64,000 bases of DNA from Paracoccus sp. UBA889 (GCF_002294185.1 NZ_DBFD01000050.1); one strand, 5' to 3'. Positions 27,851 to 37,654 are shown, counted from the stretch's first letter. Notes: generated from the letters alone by a model not told the origin. A program made the numbers and translations.

Positions 27851-28516
27851 ATGCGATTTTCGGCCGGGGGCGAGGCCCTCGATCTGGACCTGAAACACCT
27901 GGTCGTGGCGGGCTGGACCGGCCGCGACCCCTCCGCGATCCGGCACCATATCGAGGAACTGGCCGCGATCGGGGTCAGCCCGCCTTCTGCGACACCGCTG
28001 TATTACCGGGTCTCGGCGGCGCTGCTGACGCAGGCAGGCCGGATCCAGGTGGTGGGCTATGGCTCATCCGGCGAGGTCGAGCCGCTGCTGCTGCAATCGG
28101 GCGGGCGACGCTGGCTTGGCCTTGCCTCGGACCATACCGACCGGGCGCTTGAGGCGCATTCGGTCGCCTTGTCGAAACAGGTCTGCGCCAAGCCCTGCGC
28201 GGCCGAGGTCTGGCCGTGGGAGGATGTCGCCGACCGGCTGGAGGCGATCGTTCTGGAAAGCTGGATCGACGACAGCGGGGAATGGGTGCTGTATCAGCAG
28301 GGCACGCTGGCCTCGATCCGGCCGCTGACGGAACTGGCCGCGGGGGCCGGTCTGGACGATCTGGCCGCCGAGGGTGTGGCGATGCTGTGCGGGACGTTCG
28401 GCGCCAGGGGTGGCGTGCGCCCGGCGGCACGGTTTCGCATGATGATGCGCGATCCTGCGACAGGACGCGAGATCCGCCACGATTATGCTGTTCAGACCCT
28501 GCCCGAGATCGCATGA
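27851..28516 (+). CDS. DUF2848 domain protein (FAH-like fold)
   Basis: VVAGWTGRD, HHIEELAAIGV, SSGEVEP, SDHTDRALE, SKQVCAKP, MLCGT. Confidence 0.85.
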   Translation: MRFSAGGEALDLDLKHLVVAGWTGRDPSAIRHHIEELAAIGVSPPSATPLYYRVSAALLTQAGRIQVVGYGSSGEVEPLLLQSGGRRWLGLASDHTDRALEAHSVALSKQVCAKPCAAEVWPWEDVADRLEAIVLESWIDDSGEWVLYQQGTLASIRPLTELAAGAGLDDLAAEGVAMLCGTFGARGGVRPAARFRMMMRDPATGREIRHDYAVQTLPEIA

Positions 28517-28574
28517 CGGCCGCCCTTCCAGATGACCGCGAGGGCACCCGCCCGATGGCAAGGATCGCGCCGCG

Positions 28575-29312
28575 ATGAGCGACGCGCGCTCGCCCGAGGT
28601 GCTGCCCGCGGGGCCGGACGGGGTTCTGGTCCGCTTCGGCCTGACGCCCGATCCCGACGCGATGGCGGCGGCGCAGGTTCTGGCTGCGGAATTGCAAGAC
28701 GACGCACCGGCCGCCGCGGTCGAGATCGCCCCGGCGCTGGTTTCGGTCCTGGTGCGGTTCGATCCGGGCCGGACCGATCGGGGCGCGGTGGCGCGCGATC
28801 TGGCGGCGCGGGCCGAACGGATCGCGGCCGCGCGTCCGGTGCTGCCCGATCCGCCCCGGCGCTGGACCATCCCGGCGGCTTTCGGCGGCGATCACGGCCC
28901 GCAACTGGCCGAGGTGGCCGAAAAGCTGGGCATGTCCGAAGATCGTGCGGTGCAGCAGATCTGCGAGGCCGATCTGCGGGTCCTGGCCATCGGCTTCGCC
29001 CCCGGCCAGCCCTATATCGGGCTGTTGCCCCGTGCCTGGAACCTGCCGCGGCTGGCCGAGATGACGCCGAACGTGCCGGTCGGCGCCGTCGTCGTCGCCG
29101 TGCGCCAGATCGTGATCTTCGGCGCGGCCTCGACCACGGGCTGGCGTCAGGTGGCGCGGACCGGGTTCCGCACCTTCGTTCCGGATCGCGAGACGCCGAT
29201 GCTGCTGAAGGCGGGAGATGCGATCCGCTATGCCCCGATCGGCGCGGCCGAGATCGAGGGGCTGATGACGCCCGATGGCATGGGCGGCGCGCGGCTGGAG
29301 ATCCTGCGATGA
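28575..29312 (+). CDS. pxpB: 5-oxoprolinase subunit B (KipI/AHS1 family)
   Basis: GPDGVLVRF, TIPAAFGG, IGFAPGQPYIG, TTGWRQV, GDAIRY. Confidence 0.85.
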   Translation: MSDARSPEVLPAGPDGVLVRFGLTPDPDAMAAAQVLAAELQDDAPAAAVEIAPALVSVLVRFDPGRTDRGAVARDLAARAERIAAARPVLPDPPRRWTIPAAFGGDHGPQLAEVAEKLGMSEDRAVQQICEADLRVLAIGFAPGQPYIGLLPRAWNLPRLAEMTPNVPVGAVVVAVRQIVIFGAASTTGWRQVARTGFRTFVPDRETPMLLKAGDAIRYAPIGAAEIEGLMTPDGMGGARLEILR

Positions 29313-30328
29313 GCCGGTTGACCATCAGCCGCGCCGACGGGCTGCTGTCGGTGCAGGACATGGGGCGGCCCGGCCATCTGGGGCAGGGCCTGTCATGCGG
29401 CGGTGCGATGGACCGGATGGCCCTGATCGAGGCCGCCGCGCTTCTGGGCGCGGACACGCCGCTGGCGGCGATCGAGATGGCCGGCGCGGGCGGCGTCTTC
29501 GGCGTCGATGCGCCGATGCGGGTGGCGCTGACCGGTGCGCCGATGGCCGCCTTTCTGGACGATGCGCCGTTGCGCTGGCATGGCTGTCACCTGATCCTGC
29601 CCGGTCAAGCTCTGCGCATTGGTGGCGTGGACAGCGGCGTCTACGGCTATCTGACACCGGCGGGCGGGATCGCCACGCCGGAATGGCTGGGCAGCCGCGC
29701 CGCGCATCTGAGCATCGGCATTGGCGCGTTGCTGGACAGCGGCGACGACCTGCCCTGCGGCGAGGATCCCGACCCCGACCGCCCCGCAAGGGTGATCGAA
29801 CCCGCCGTGCGCTTTGGCGGCGGCACGCTGCGGGTGATGGATGGGCCGCAGACCGGCCTGTTCGCCGATGACGTGCTGGAGGCCTTCTATGCCGCCGGTT
29901 TCAGGCGCGGGCAGCGGGCGAACCGGCAGGGGATTCTGGTTCAGACGGGGAAGGGATGCTTTACCTCGGACCATGCGGCGGGACTGGCTTCGGACGTGAT
30001 CGGACCGGGCGATGTGCAACTGACCGGCGAGGGCGTGCCCTTCGTGCTGATGGCGGAATGTCAGACCATGGGCGGCTATCCCCGCATCGGTCGGGTGATC
30101 CCCGCAGACCTGCCCCGGATCGCGCAGGCCGCCGAAGGGGCGGCATTGCGGTTTCAGCGCCTCGACGCGTCCCAGGCCGATGCGCTGTGGCGCGATGATG
30201 CGGCGCTCTTGCGCGAGGCGGCGGGGCGCTGCCGCAACCTGATCCGCGAGCCCTCGACGATTGCCGACCTTCTGTCCTATCAACTGGTTGGCGGCGTCAC
30301 GGCGGGGCGGGAACTGGAGGACGAATGA
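29309..30328 (+). CDS. pxpC: 5-oxoprolinase subunit C (KipA/AHS2 family)
   Basis: SVQDMGRPG, GGAMD, AIEM, NRQG, GDVQL, ECQTMGGYPRIG. Confidence 0.87.
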   Translation: MSRLTISRADGLLSVQDMGRPGHLGQGLSCGGAMDRMALIEAAALLGADTPLAAIEMAGAGGVFGVDAPMRVALTGAPMAAFLDDAPLRWHGCHLILPGQALRIGGVDSGVYGYLTPAGGIATPEWLGSRAAHLSIGIGALLDSGDDLPCGEDPDPDRPARVIEPAVRFGGGTLRVMDGPQTGLFADDVLEAFYAAGFRRGQRANRQGILVQTGKGCFTSDHAAGLASDVIGPGDVQLTGEGVPFVLMAECQTMGGYPRIGRVIPADLPRIAQAAEGAALRFQRLDASQADALWRDDAALLREAAGRCRNLIREPSTIADLLSYQLVGGVTAGRELEDE

Positions 30329-31077
30329 AGGTCGATCTGAATTCCGACATGGGCGAGGGCTTCGGCCCCTGGACGATGGGCGATGATGCCGGGCTGCTGG
30401 ATGTGATCACATCGGCCAATATCGCCTGCGGCTTTCATGCCGGCGATCCCGATGTGATGGCGCGCGTGATGCGGCAGGCGCAGGGCAAGGGCGTCGGCAT
30501 CGGGGCGCATCCGGGCTTTCACGATCTGCAGGGCTTCGGGCGGCGGCGGCTGCGCCTGTCGGCCGAGGAACTTGGCAACATGGTTGCCTATCAGCTGGGC
30601 GCGGCGCAGGGCGTGGCGCGGTCGCAGGGCGCGCAGGTGCGACACCTGAAGCTGCACGGCGCCCTGGCCAACATGGCCAGCGAAGACCCCGAGATCGCGC
30701 GCGCCTGCTATCGTGCGGCGCTGGCGGTCGATCCGGAAATCGTGCTGGTGGTGCTGGCCGGGACGCCAATGCAGCAGGTGGCCCGGGATCTGGGCGCGGC
30801 CTGGGCCGGAGAGATCTTTGCCGACCGTGCCTATAACGAGGATGCGACGCTGGTCGATCGCAGCCAGCCCGGCGCGGTCCTGCATGATGCGGCGCAGGTC
30901 GGCGCGCGGATCGAGACGATGCTGCGGGCGGGCGCGATCATCACCGCATCGGGCAAGCAGATCCCGTGCCGGATCGACACGATCTGCGTGCATGGCGACA
31001 GCCCCGGCGCGGTGGCGATGGCACGGGCGCTGCGCGATCATCTGGGCGCGGCCGGGATCGAGGTCGCGCGGTTCTGA
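30325..31077 (+). CDS. pxpA: 5-oxoprolinase subunit A (LamB/YcsF)
   Basis: DLNSDMGEGFG, SANIACGFHAGDP, GAHPG, KLHGAL, EIFADRAY, DTICVHGD. Confidence 0.93.
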   Translation: MKVDLNSDMGEGFGPWTMGDDAGLLDVITSANIACGFHAGDPDVMARVMRQAQGKGVGIGAHPGFHDLQGFGRRRLRLSAEELGNMVAYQLGAAQGVARSQGAQVRHLKLHGALANMASEDPEIARACYRAALAVDPEIVLVVLAGTPMQQVARDLGAAWAGEIFADRAYNEDATLVDRSQPGAVLHDAAQVGARIETMLRAGAIITASGKQIPCRIDTICVHGDSPGAVAMARALRDHLGAAGIEVARF

Positions 31078-31120
31078 CCGGGGCCGGGGCGCCGCCGGAA
31101 ATGCGCCGCTGCGCAAGACA

Positions 31121-31170
31121 TGCAGTTTTTTGCCTGCACGTCTTGACGAGCAGGTTTTTACCTGCATATT
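31121..31170 (+). promoter_or_regulatory. ArsR-SRPBCC promoter with two 18-bp dyad operators
   Basis: TGCAG-N8-CTGCA (31121-31138) and GCAGGT-TTTT-ACCTGC (31150-31165) flank and overlap TTGACG (31143-31148) and CATATT (31165-31170). Confidence 0.65.
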
Positions 31171-31197
31171 AGTTCCTGTCCCGAGGCGGAATCGAGA

Positions 31198-31512
31198 ATG
31201 GATGACGACAAGGTCTTCAAGGCGCTGGCCGATCCCGGCCGCAGGCGCCTGCTGGATCGGCTGTGCGAGCAGAACGGCCAGACGCTGGGCCAGCTTTGCG
31301 ACCGGATGGAGATGACGCGCCAGTCGGTGACCCAGCATCTGGGGATTCTGGAAGACGCGAACCTCATCAGCACCGTCAGGCGGGGGCGCGAGAAACTGCA
31401 CTTCATCAATCCGGTCCCGCTCTACGAGGTCTATGGGCGCTGGATCCGAAAGTTCGAGGAGGGCCGTCTGGGCCTTCTGTCCGACCTCAGACAGCAATTG
31501 GAACGGGAGTGA
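31198..31512 (+). CDS. ArsR/SmtB family regulator
   Basis: VFKALADPGRRRLLDRL, SVTQHLGILEDANL, RRGREKLH. Confidence 0.9.
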   Translation: MDDDKVFKALADPGRRRLLDRLCEQNGQTLGQLCDRMEMTRQSVTQHLGILEDANLISTVRRGREKLHFINPVPLYEVYGRWIRKFEEGRLGLLSDLRQQLERE

Positions 31513-31515
31513 GCG

Positions 31516-31962
31516 ATGACCGACATGTCAGCCAGCTTCGTCTATGTCACCTATATCCGCACTACGCCCGATAAGGTCTTCGAGGCCATTACCCGACCCG
31601 AGATCGCCTGCCGCTACTGGGGGCATGAAAACATCTCGGACGACTGGCAGCCCGGATCGGAATGGCGCCATGTCCGCACGAATCCGGCGCGCAGTGTCGA
31701 TCTGGTGGGCAAGGTGCTGGAAAGCGACCCGCCCCGGCGCCTGGTGCTGAGTTGGGCGAATGAAAGCCAGCAGGACGACCCCGCCCAGTTCAGCCGCGTG
31801 ATCTTTGACATCGATCAGCAGGACCGGATGGTCAGGCTGACCGTCACCCACGAGGATTTGCAGCCCGGCAGCGGGATGCTGAAGGGGATCACCGAGGGCT
31901 GGCCGCTGGTCCTGTCCAGCATGAAATCGCTGCTGGAAACCGGGCAGGGGATGGATCTGTAG
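31516..31962 (+). CDS. SRPBCC/AHSA1 family protein
   Basis: YVTYIRTTPDKVFEAIT, DPPRRLVLSW, VRLTVTH, GWPLVLSSMKSLLETG. Confidence 0.9.
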   Translation: MTDMSASFVYVTYIRTTPDKVFEAITRPEIACRYWGHENISDDWQPGSEWRHVRTNPARSVDLVGKVLESDPPRRLVLSWANESQQDDPAQFSRVIFDIDQQDRMVRLTVTHEDLQPGSGMLKGITEGWPLVLSSMKSLLETGQGMDL

Positions 31963-31976
31963 GCAGAAGCCGCGTC

Positions 31977-32016
31977 AGTGGCAGCGCCCGCCCGGCATCG
32001 GGCGCTGCCACTTTTT
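31977..32016 (+). terminator. Intrinsic terminator
   Basis: 14-bp perfect stem AGTGGCAGCGCCCG / CGGGCGCTGCCACT, 8-nt loop, followed by a T-run, between convergent genes. Confidence 0.8.
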
Positions 32017-32031
32017 CCACAAGGCCCGCTT

Positions 32032-32997
32032 TCAGAACGGGCTGTCGGGAAAGTAGAATTGTTCCGCGTTTTCCGGCGTGATCAGCTGGCTGCCGATGAT
32101 GAAGCGGCCGACCATCGGCGCGCCGGACACGAAGTTCAGCGCCGTCATCTCGATCGCCGAGGAAATCAGCGCCGGCGGATAGGTCACATCGACCGGCAGT
32201 TGCGGGTCACCCTCCATGATGCGCTTGACGATTTCCTTCATCCCGGCCCCGCCGATCACCCACATCTCGTCAGTCCGGTCGGCGGCGGCGATCGCCTCCA
32301 TCACGCCGATGGCCATGTCGTCATCGGCTGCCCAGACGGCGTCGATCTGGGGATATTTCGACAGGTAATCCTGCATCACGGTAAAGGCGTCGTCGCGGTT
32401 CCAGTTGCCGTGCTGCATGTCGAGGATCTCGATATCCGAGCCCTCCAGCGCCGTCTGGAACGCCTCCACGCGCTCGTTGTCCAGCGTGGTCGGGATGCCG
32501 CGCAGCACGACGATCTTGGCGCCCGGCTGAAGGTTTTCCTTGAAATATTCGCCCGCGACACGGCCGAAGGCGGTATTGTCGCCGGCGACATACAGATCCT
32601 CGATCCCCTCTTGCGACAGGCCGCGATCGACGACGGTGACGAACTTGCCGGCCTTTTTCACCGCGGCGACCGGGGCGGTCAGCGGTTCGGATTCGAAGGG
32701 CAGCACGATCAGCGCGTCGATGTTGCGCGTGGCCATCATGTCCTCGATATCGCTGACCTGCTTGGCCGCGTCGCCCGCCGTGGACAGCACGAATTCAAGA
32801 TTCGGATAGACCTTGCCCAGTCGGTCGATCGTGTCCTGGGCGTGCCAGTTCAGCCCGCCCATGAAGCCGTGGGTGGCCGACGGGATCGACACGCCGATGA
32901 TGGTCTTTTCGCCGTCCTGCTGCGCGACGGCGGCGCCGCCGGCAAGGCCCAGCACCGCGACGATGGCCGCGGATTTCATCAGGCTTCTGCGTTTCAT
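32032..32997 (-). CDS. Sugar ABC substrate-binding protein (RbsB-like)
   Basis: Signal peptide, IGVSIP, VTVVDR, VAGDN, NWNRD, VWAADDDMAIG. Confidence 0.9.
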   Translation of the reverse strand: MKRRSLMKSAAIVAVLGLAGGAAVAQQDGEKTIIGVSIPSATHGFMGGLNWHAQDTIDRLGKVYPNLEFVLSTAGDAAKQVSDIEDMMATRNIDALIVLPFESEPLTAPVAAVKKAGKFVTVVDRGLSQEGIEDLYVAGDNTAFGRVAGEYFKENLQPGAKIVVLRGIPTTLDNERVEAFQTALEGSDIEILDMQHGNWNRDDAFTVMQDYLSKYPQIDAVWAADDDMAIGVMEAIAAADRTDEMWVIGGAGMKEIVKRIMEGDPQLPVDVTYPPALISSAIEMTALNFVSGAPMVGRFIIGSQLITPENAEQFYFPDSPF

Positions 32998-33015
32998 TCC
33001 TTTCCCTCCCTTGGA

Positions 33016-33984
33016 TCACCGCTCGTCGGCGGTGCGTTTTTCCCGCTGCAAGACGACAGCGAGGACAATGATGATTCCCTGGATGGCGCCGTTCAGATAG
33101 GGGCTGACCAGATCGGCGAGGTTCAGGATGTTGTCGATCAGCGACAGGATCAGCACGCCCACGACCGTGCCCCAGACGCGGCCCCGCCCGCCCTTCAGCG
33201 CGGTGCCGCCGATGATGACGGCGGCGATCGCCTCCAGTTCCCACAACACGCCGGTCCCGCCCGAGGCCGAGCCGAGGCGCGGCACGTACAGAACCGTGGC
33301 CAGCCCGACCAGAAGGCCCAGAAGCATGTAGGTCAGCAGCCGCGCGCGATTCACGTCGATGGCGGAATAGCGCGCCACCCGGTCGTTCGAGCCGATCGCC
33401 TCGACATGGCGACCGAAGCGGGAATGGCGCATCATCCATTCGCCCGCCATGGCGGTCAGCGCGAAGACGATGATCGGCCAGGTGATCCAGCCGATGCCGC
33501 CGTAATAGACCGGGCGATAGAGGGTGCGCAGCCCGTAATCCAGGCTGAGCGTGCCGCCGTCGGCCAGCCATGTCACCAGCGACCGGAAGATGCCCATCGT
33601 GCCCAGGGTGACGATGAAGGGTTCGATCCTTGCCTTGGTGATCAGCGCGCCGTTCAGGTATCCCGCGGCGATCCCGCCAAGGATGGCAACGCCCATGCCG
33701 ATGATGATCGTGCCCCAATTCTCGCCCAGGCCGGGCAGGGCGGCGTTCATCGCGATGATGGCGATGCCGGCCAGAAACGCGGCCATCGAGCCGACCGACA
33801 GATCCAGCCCGCCCGCGGTGATGACGAAGGTCATGCCGACCGCGATCATGCCGATAAAGGCGGAACGGGCCAGCACGTTGGTGATGTTGGCCGGCGCCAG
33901 GAAGGCCGGGTTCAGCAAAGCGCCCAGAATGACCAGCGCAATCAGCGCGATCAGCGGGCCGAGGGTATGCAGATCGGGTTTCAT
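33016..33984 (-). CDS. Sugar ABC permease (RbsC-like)
   Basis: GMTFVITAGGLDLSVGS, FIVTLG, AIGSN, ELEAIAAVIIGGT. Confidence 0.92.
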   Translation of the reverse strand: MKPDLHTLGPLIALIALVILGALLNPAFLAPANITNVLARSAFIGMIAVGMTFVITAGGLDLSVGSMAAFLAGIAIIAMNAALPGLGENWGTIIIGMGVAILGGIAAGYLNGALITKARIEPFIVTLGTMGIFRSLVTWLADGGTLSLDYGLRTLYRPVYYGGIGWITWPIIVFALTAMAGEWMMRHSRFGRHVEAIGSNDRVARYSAIDVNRARLLTYMLLGLLVGLATVLYVPRLGSASGGTGVLWELEAIAAVIIGGTALKGGRGRVWGTVVGVLILSLIDNILNLADLVSPYLNGAIQGIIIVLAVVLQREKRTADER

Positions 33985-35465
33985 GCGGCCTCGCCCCTGA
34001 CGCCCATGGCAAGGCGCACGATCCTGTCTTCCGTCATGTCGTTTCCCGTGACCTCGCCGGCGATGCGGCCCTCGCGCATGACCAGGACGCGGTCGGCCAG
34101 GCCGATCACCTCGGTCATTTCGCTGCTGATGACGATCAGGCTGCGACCCTGCGTCGCCAGATCGCGGATGAAGGCATAGATCTGCGCCTTGGTGCCCACG
34201 TCGATGCCGCGCGTCGGTTCGTCGATGATGATGATGCGGGGATCGGGCAGCATCGTCTTGGCCAGCAGCAGCTTCTGCTGGTTGCCGCCCGACAGCTTGC
34301 CCGCGATCATCGTGCGGCTGGGCGCGCGGATGTCGAATTCCCGTGTGGCCCGGTCCAGCGCCACATCCTCGGCCTGCGTATCCAGCCGCAGATGGCCAAA
34401 GCGGGACAGGCTGGCCAGGGTCAGGTTCTCGCGCAGGCCCTTGTCCAGCAGCAGACCGGCCTCTTTCCGATCCTCGGTCAGATAGGCCAGCCCCGATGCG
34501 AAGGCGTCCCGAAGGCTGCGGATCGCGACCGGCTGGCCGTTGACGCGGATCTCGCCCGTGGATGCGCGCAGACCGACCAGCCCCTCGGCCAGCTCGGTCC
34601 GACCCGAGCCGACAAGGCCGGCAAGGCCCAGCACCTCGCCTTCGTGCAGGGTGAAACTGACGTCGTGGACCTTGCCCGGCACGGTCAGGCCCGTGACCTG
34701 CAAGGCGGGCCTGTCGGAATGGCTGCCCTTGGGCGGATAGAAATCCTGCAATTCGCGGCCGACCATGGCGGTGGCCATGCCGTCTTCGGTCAATTCGCCG
34801 CGCATCGCCTGCCGCACGACGCGGCCGTCGCGCAGCACGGTGATGCGGTCGGCCAGATGCGCGACCTCGTCCAGCCGGTGCGAGCAATAGAGGATCGCGA
34901 CGCCTTCGCGGCGAAGCCGGTCGATCTGTTCGTAAAGCGTGCCGACCTCGCGGTGGGTCAGGACCGCGCTCGGCTCGTCCATGATCAGCACGCGGGCCTT
35001 GCGCGACAGGGCCTTGGCGATCTCGACCATCTGGCGGTTGGGCACGGACAGGTCGCGGATCGGCGTGTCGGGGCTGATCGGGGAATGGAGCCGGTCCAGC
35101 AGGGCGGCGGTGTCTCGGCGCATCGCCTGGTGGTCCAGCCGCCAGCCGCCTGTTTCTCGCCCCAGAAAGATGTTGGCCGCGACCGACAGGTCGGCGGCAA
35201 GGTTGAATTCCTGGTGAATCACGACGATGCCCTGCGCCTCGGCCCGCGGGCCGCTGGCGAAGCGGACGGCCTGGCCGTCCAGCAGGATCTGGCCCTCGGT
35301 CGGATCCAGAAAGCCGCCGAGGATCTTCATGATGGTGGACTTGCCGGCGCCATTCTCGCCGATCAGGGCATGGACCTGACCCGGTTCAAGCGCCAGATCG
35401 ACGTGGTGCAGCACCTCGATCGGGCCGAAACGTCTGGAGACATCCTGAAGGGCCAGCACCGTCAT
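33981..35465 (-). CDS. Sugar ABC ATP-binding protein (RbsA-like, two NBDs)
   Basis: GENGAGKST, MDEPSA, LSGGNQQK, DEPTRGIDVG. Confidence 0.92.
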   Translation of the reverse strand: MTVLALQDVSRRFGPIEVLHHVDLALEPGQVHALIGENGAGKSTIMKILGGFLDPTEGQILLDGQAVRFASGPRAEAQGIVVIHQEFNLAADLSVAANIFLGRETGGWRLDHQAMRRDTAALLDRLHSPISPDTPIRDLSVPNRQMVEIAKALSRKARVLIMDEPSAVLTHREVGTLYEQIDRLRREGVAILYCSHRLDEVAHLADRITVLRDGRVVRQAMRGELTEDGMATAMVGRELQDFYPPKGSHSDRPALQVTGLTVPGKVHDVSFTLHEGEVLGLAGLVGSGRTELAEGLVGLRASTGEIRVNGQPVAIRSLRDAFASGLAYLTEDRKEAGLLLDKGLRENLTLASLSRFGHLRLDTQAEDVALDRATREFDIRAPSRTMIAGKLSGGNQQKLLLAKTMLPDPRIIIIDEPTRGIDVGTKAQIYAFIRDLATQGRSLIVISSEMTEVIGLADRVLVMREGRIAGEVTGNDMTEDRIVRLAMGVRGEAA

Positions 35466-36556
35466 TCCGCCACCCTGATCCAAGCCCCGTCGCGGGCCGA
35501 GGATTCCTGCGCCGCCGCGATGAAGGCCATTCCCGACAGGCCGGCTTCAAGGCCCGGCACGCGGTCCAGATGCGTCGTGTCTCCCCGGATGATCGCCGCG
35601 ATATCGCTGTAAAGATTGGCGAATCCTTCCAGGTATCCTTCGGGATGGCCGGGTGGCGTGCGGAAGGATGCGCTGCGATCCTGCGCGCGGGTCAGGATGC
35701 GGGGGGCATCGTCCCTGGGCGTGAAGATCAGCCGCTCGGGATCGGGCAGGCGCCATGCCAGCGCGCCTTCGGTGCCGAAAAGACGCAGCGACAGCCCGTT
35801 CTCCTGCCCGATCGCGACCTGGCTGGCCCAGATTCCGCCCTTGGCCCCCGAGCCATAGCGCAGGGCGATCCGGGCATCGTCGTCGATGGGCCGGCCCGGC
35901 ACGATGCTGGACAGATCGGCCGACAGGCGGTCGGGCGTCTGGCCGGTCACGAACGCGGCCAGTTGCCAGGCATGGGTGCCGATATCGCCAAGCGCGCCGG
36001 CGCCCGCGCGAACCGGATCGGTGCGCCATTCGGCCTGTTTGCCCCGCGCCGGTCCAGACAGCCAGCCTTGCAGATATTCCGCCTGCACCAGCCGCAGATC
36101 GCCAATGGCGCCCTCGGCCACCATCGCGCGGGCCTCGCGGATCATTGGCAGGGCGCTGTAATTGTGGGTCAGGAAGAAGCGGGCGGTGCCTGACTTGGCG
36201 GCGGCTTCGATCTCGGCGGCCTGACCCCGAGTGGCGGCCAGCGGCTTGTCGCAGATGACGTGGATGCCCGCGTTCAGGAAGGCTGCGGCGGGGGCTGCGT
36301 GCATGTGGTTCGGGGTGACGATCGCCACGGCCTCGATCCCGTCTTCGCGCGCGGCCTCGTCGCGGGCCATCGCGCCGAAGTCGTCATAGCCCCGCACGCC
36401 CAGTTCCGCCGCGCTGGCCTGCGCCCGGCCGGGTTCCGAGGACAGCGCCCCGGCCACGAGCGTGAAATGCCCGTCCATCCGCGCCGCGATGCGGTGGATC
36501 GCGCCGATGAAGGCGCCGCTGCCGCCACCGACCATGCCCAGCCGGATCGGCCTCAT
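35462..36556 (-). CDS. Gfo/Idh/MocA family oxidoreductase
   Basis: LGMVGGGSGAFIG, IVTPNHMH, ICDKPL, GALGDIGTH. Confidence 0.9.
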   Translation of the reverse strand: MRPIRLGMVGGGSGAFIGAIHRIAARMDGHFTLVAGALSSEPGRAQASAAELGVRGYDDFGAMARDEAAREDGIEAVAIVTPNHMHAAPAAAFLNAGIHVICDKPLAATRGQAAEIEAAAKSGTARFFLTHNYSALPMIREARAMVAEGAIGDLRLVQAEYLQGWLSGPARGKQAEWRTDPVRAGAGALGDIGTHAWQLAAFVTGQTPDRLSADLSSIVPGRPIDDDARIALRYGSGAKGGIWASQVAIGQENGLSLRLFGTEGALAWRLPDPERLIFTPRDDAPRILTRAQDRSASFRTPPGHPEGYLEGFANLYSDIAAIIRGDTTHLDRVPGLEAGLSGMAFIAAAQESSARDGAWIRVAE

Positions 36557-37605
36557 AATCCAAGCGCCTTGTCGATGGCGGCGCGGTCCACGCCGGATGC
36601 CGCGAAATCGTCGAAGGCATGGGGCGTCACCCGGATGATGTGGTCGCGCACGAAGGCTGCGCCTTCGCGGGCCCCGTCCTCGGGGTGCTTCAGTGCACAT
36701 TCCCATTCGACCACGGCCCATCCGTCAAAGCCGTATTGCGTCAGCTTCGAGAAGATCGCCCCGAAATCGACCTGCCCGTCGCCGAGGCTGCGGAACCGGC
36801 CCGCCCGATCGGCCCAGGTCTGGAAACCGCCGTAAACGCCCTGCCGCCCGGTCGGGCGAAATTCGGCATCCTTGACGTGGAACATCCGGATCCGGTCGCG
36901 ATAGATGTCGATGTTCTGAAGGTAATCGAGCTGTTGCAGAAGGTAGTGGGACGGATCGAACAGCATGTTGGCGCGACCGTGATCCTTCACGCGGTCGAGA
37001 AACATCTCGAAGGTGATGCCGTCATGCAGATCTTCGCCGGGATGGATCTCGTAGCAGATGTCGACGCCGTGATCCTCGGCCAGATCCAGCAGGGGCTGCC
37101 AGCGGGCCGCCAGCGTGTCGAAGGCGGCCTCGACCAGTCCGGGGGCACGCTGCGGCCAGGGGTAGAGATAGGGCCAGGCCAGGGCACCGGAAAAGGTGGC
37201 CATCCGGTCCAGGCCCAGAAGCCGGCTGACCCGGATCGCGCGGCCTATCTGATCGACCGCCCATTCCTGCCGCGCGGCGGGATCGCCGCGCAGGCCAAGG
37301 GGCGCGAAGGCGTCGAAACCGGCGTCATAGGCGGGGTGGACCGCCACCAGCTGACCTTGCAGATGGGTCGAAAGCTCTGTCACCTCGACCCCGTTTTCGC
37401 GCGCGGTGCCCAGGAATTCGTCGCGGTAATCCTGCGAGGATTCGGCCCGGTCCAGATCCAGAATGCGCGGATCGCTGGTTGGCACCTGCACGCCCAGATA
37501 GCCGCAACCGGCGGCCCAGCGGGTGATCCCGTCCCAGGTGTCGAACGGCGCGGCTTCGCCGATGAACTGCGCCAGAAACAGCGCCGGTCCCTTGATCGTC
37601 TGCAT
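36553..37605 (-). CDS. Sugar phosphate isomerase/epimerase (xylose-isomerase-like TIM barrel)
   Basis: TIKGPALFLAQF, CYEIHPGEDLHDG, FDPSH, FHVKDAEF, VVEWEC metal ligands. Confidence 0.88.
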   Translation of the reverse strand: MQTIKGPALFLAQFIGEAAPFDTWDGITRWAAGCGYLGVQVPTSDPRILDLDRAESSQDYRDEFLGTARENGVEVTELSTHLQGQLVAVHPAYDAGFDAFAPLGLRGDPAARQEWAVDQIGRAIRVSRLLGLDRMATFSGALAWPYLYPWPQRAPGLVEAAFDTLAARWQPLLDLAEDHGVDICYEIHPGEDLHDGITFEMFLDRVKDHGRANMLFDPSHYLLQQLDYLQNIDIYRDRIRMFHVKDAEFRPTGRQGVYGGFQTWADRAGRFRSLGDGQVDFGAIFSKLTQYGFDGWAVVEWECALKHPEDGAREGAAFVRDHIIRVTPHAFDDFAASGVDRAAIDKALGL

Positions 37606-37640
37606 GGCTCCCCCTTCCACATGGTCAGCCTGCACGGCCC

Positions 37641-37654
37641 TGCAATCGATTGCA
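37641..37654. promoter_or_regulatory. LacI-family operator
   Basis: Perfect palindrome TGCAATCGATTGCA (central CG) between LacI and the divergent sugar operon. Confidence 0.8.

Noticed and set aside
31978-34179. 733-aa plus-strand ORF, and similar long ORFs at 18097-19908, 46954-48750, 51774-53594 and 63054-63929
   Set aside because: Antisense shadows of well-supported genes; high GC suppresses stops and the translations have no family motifs.
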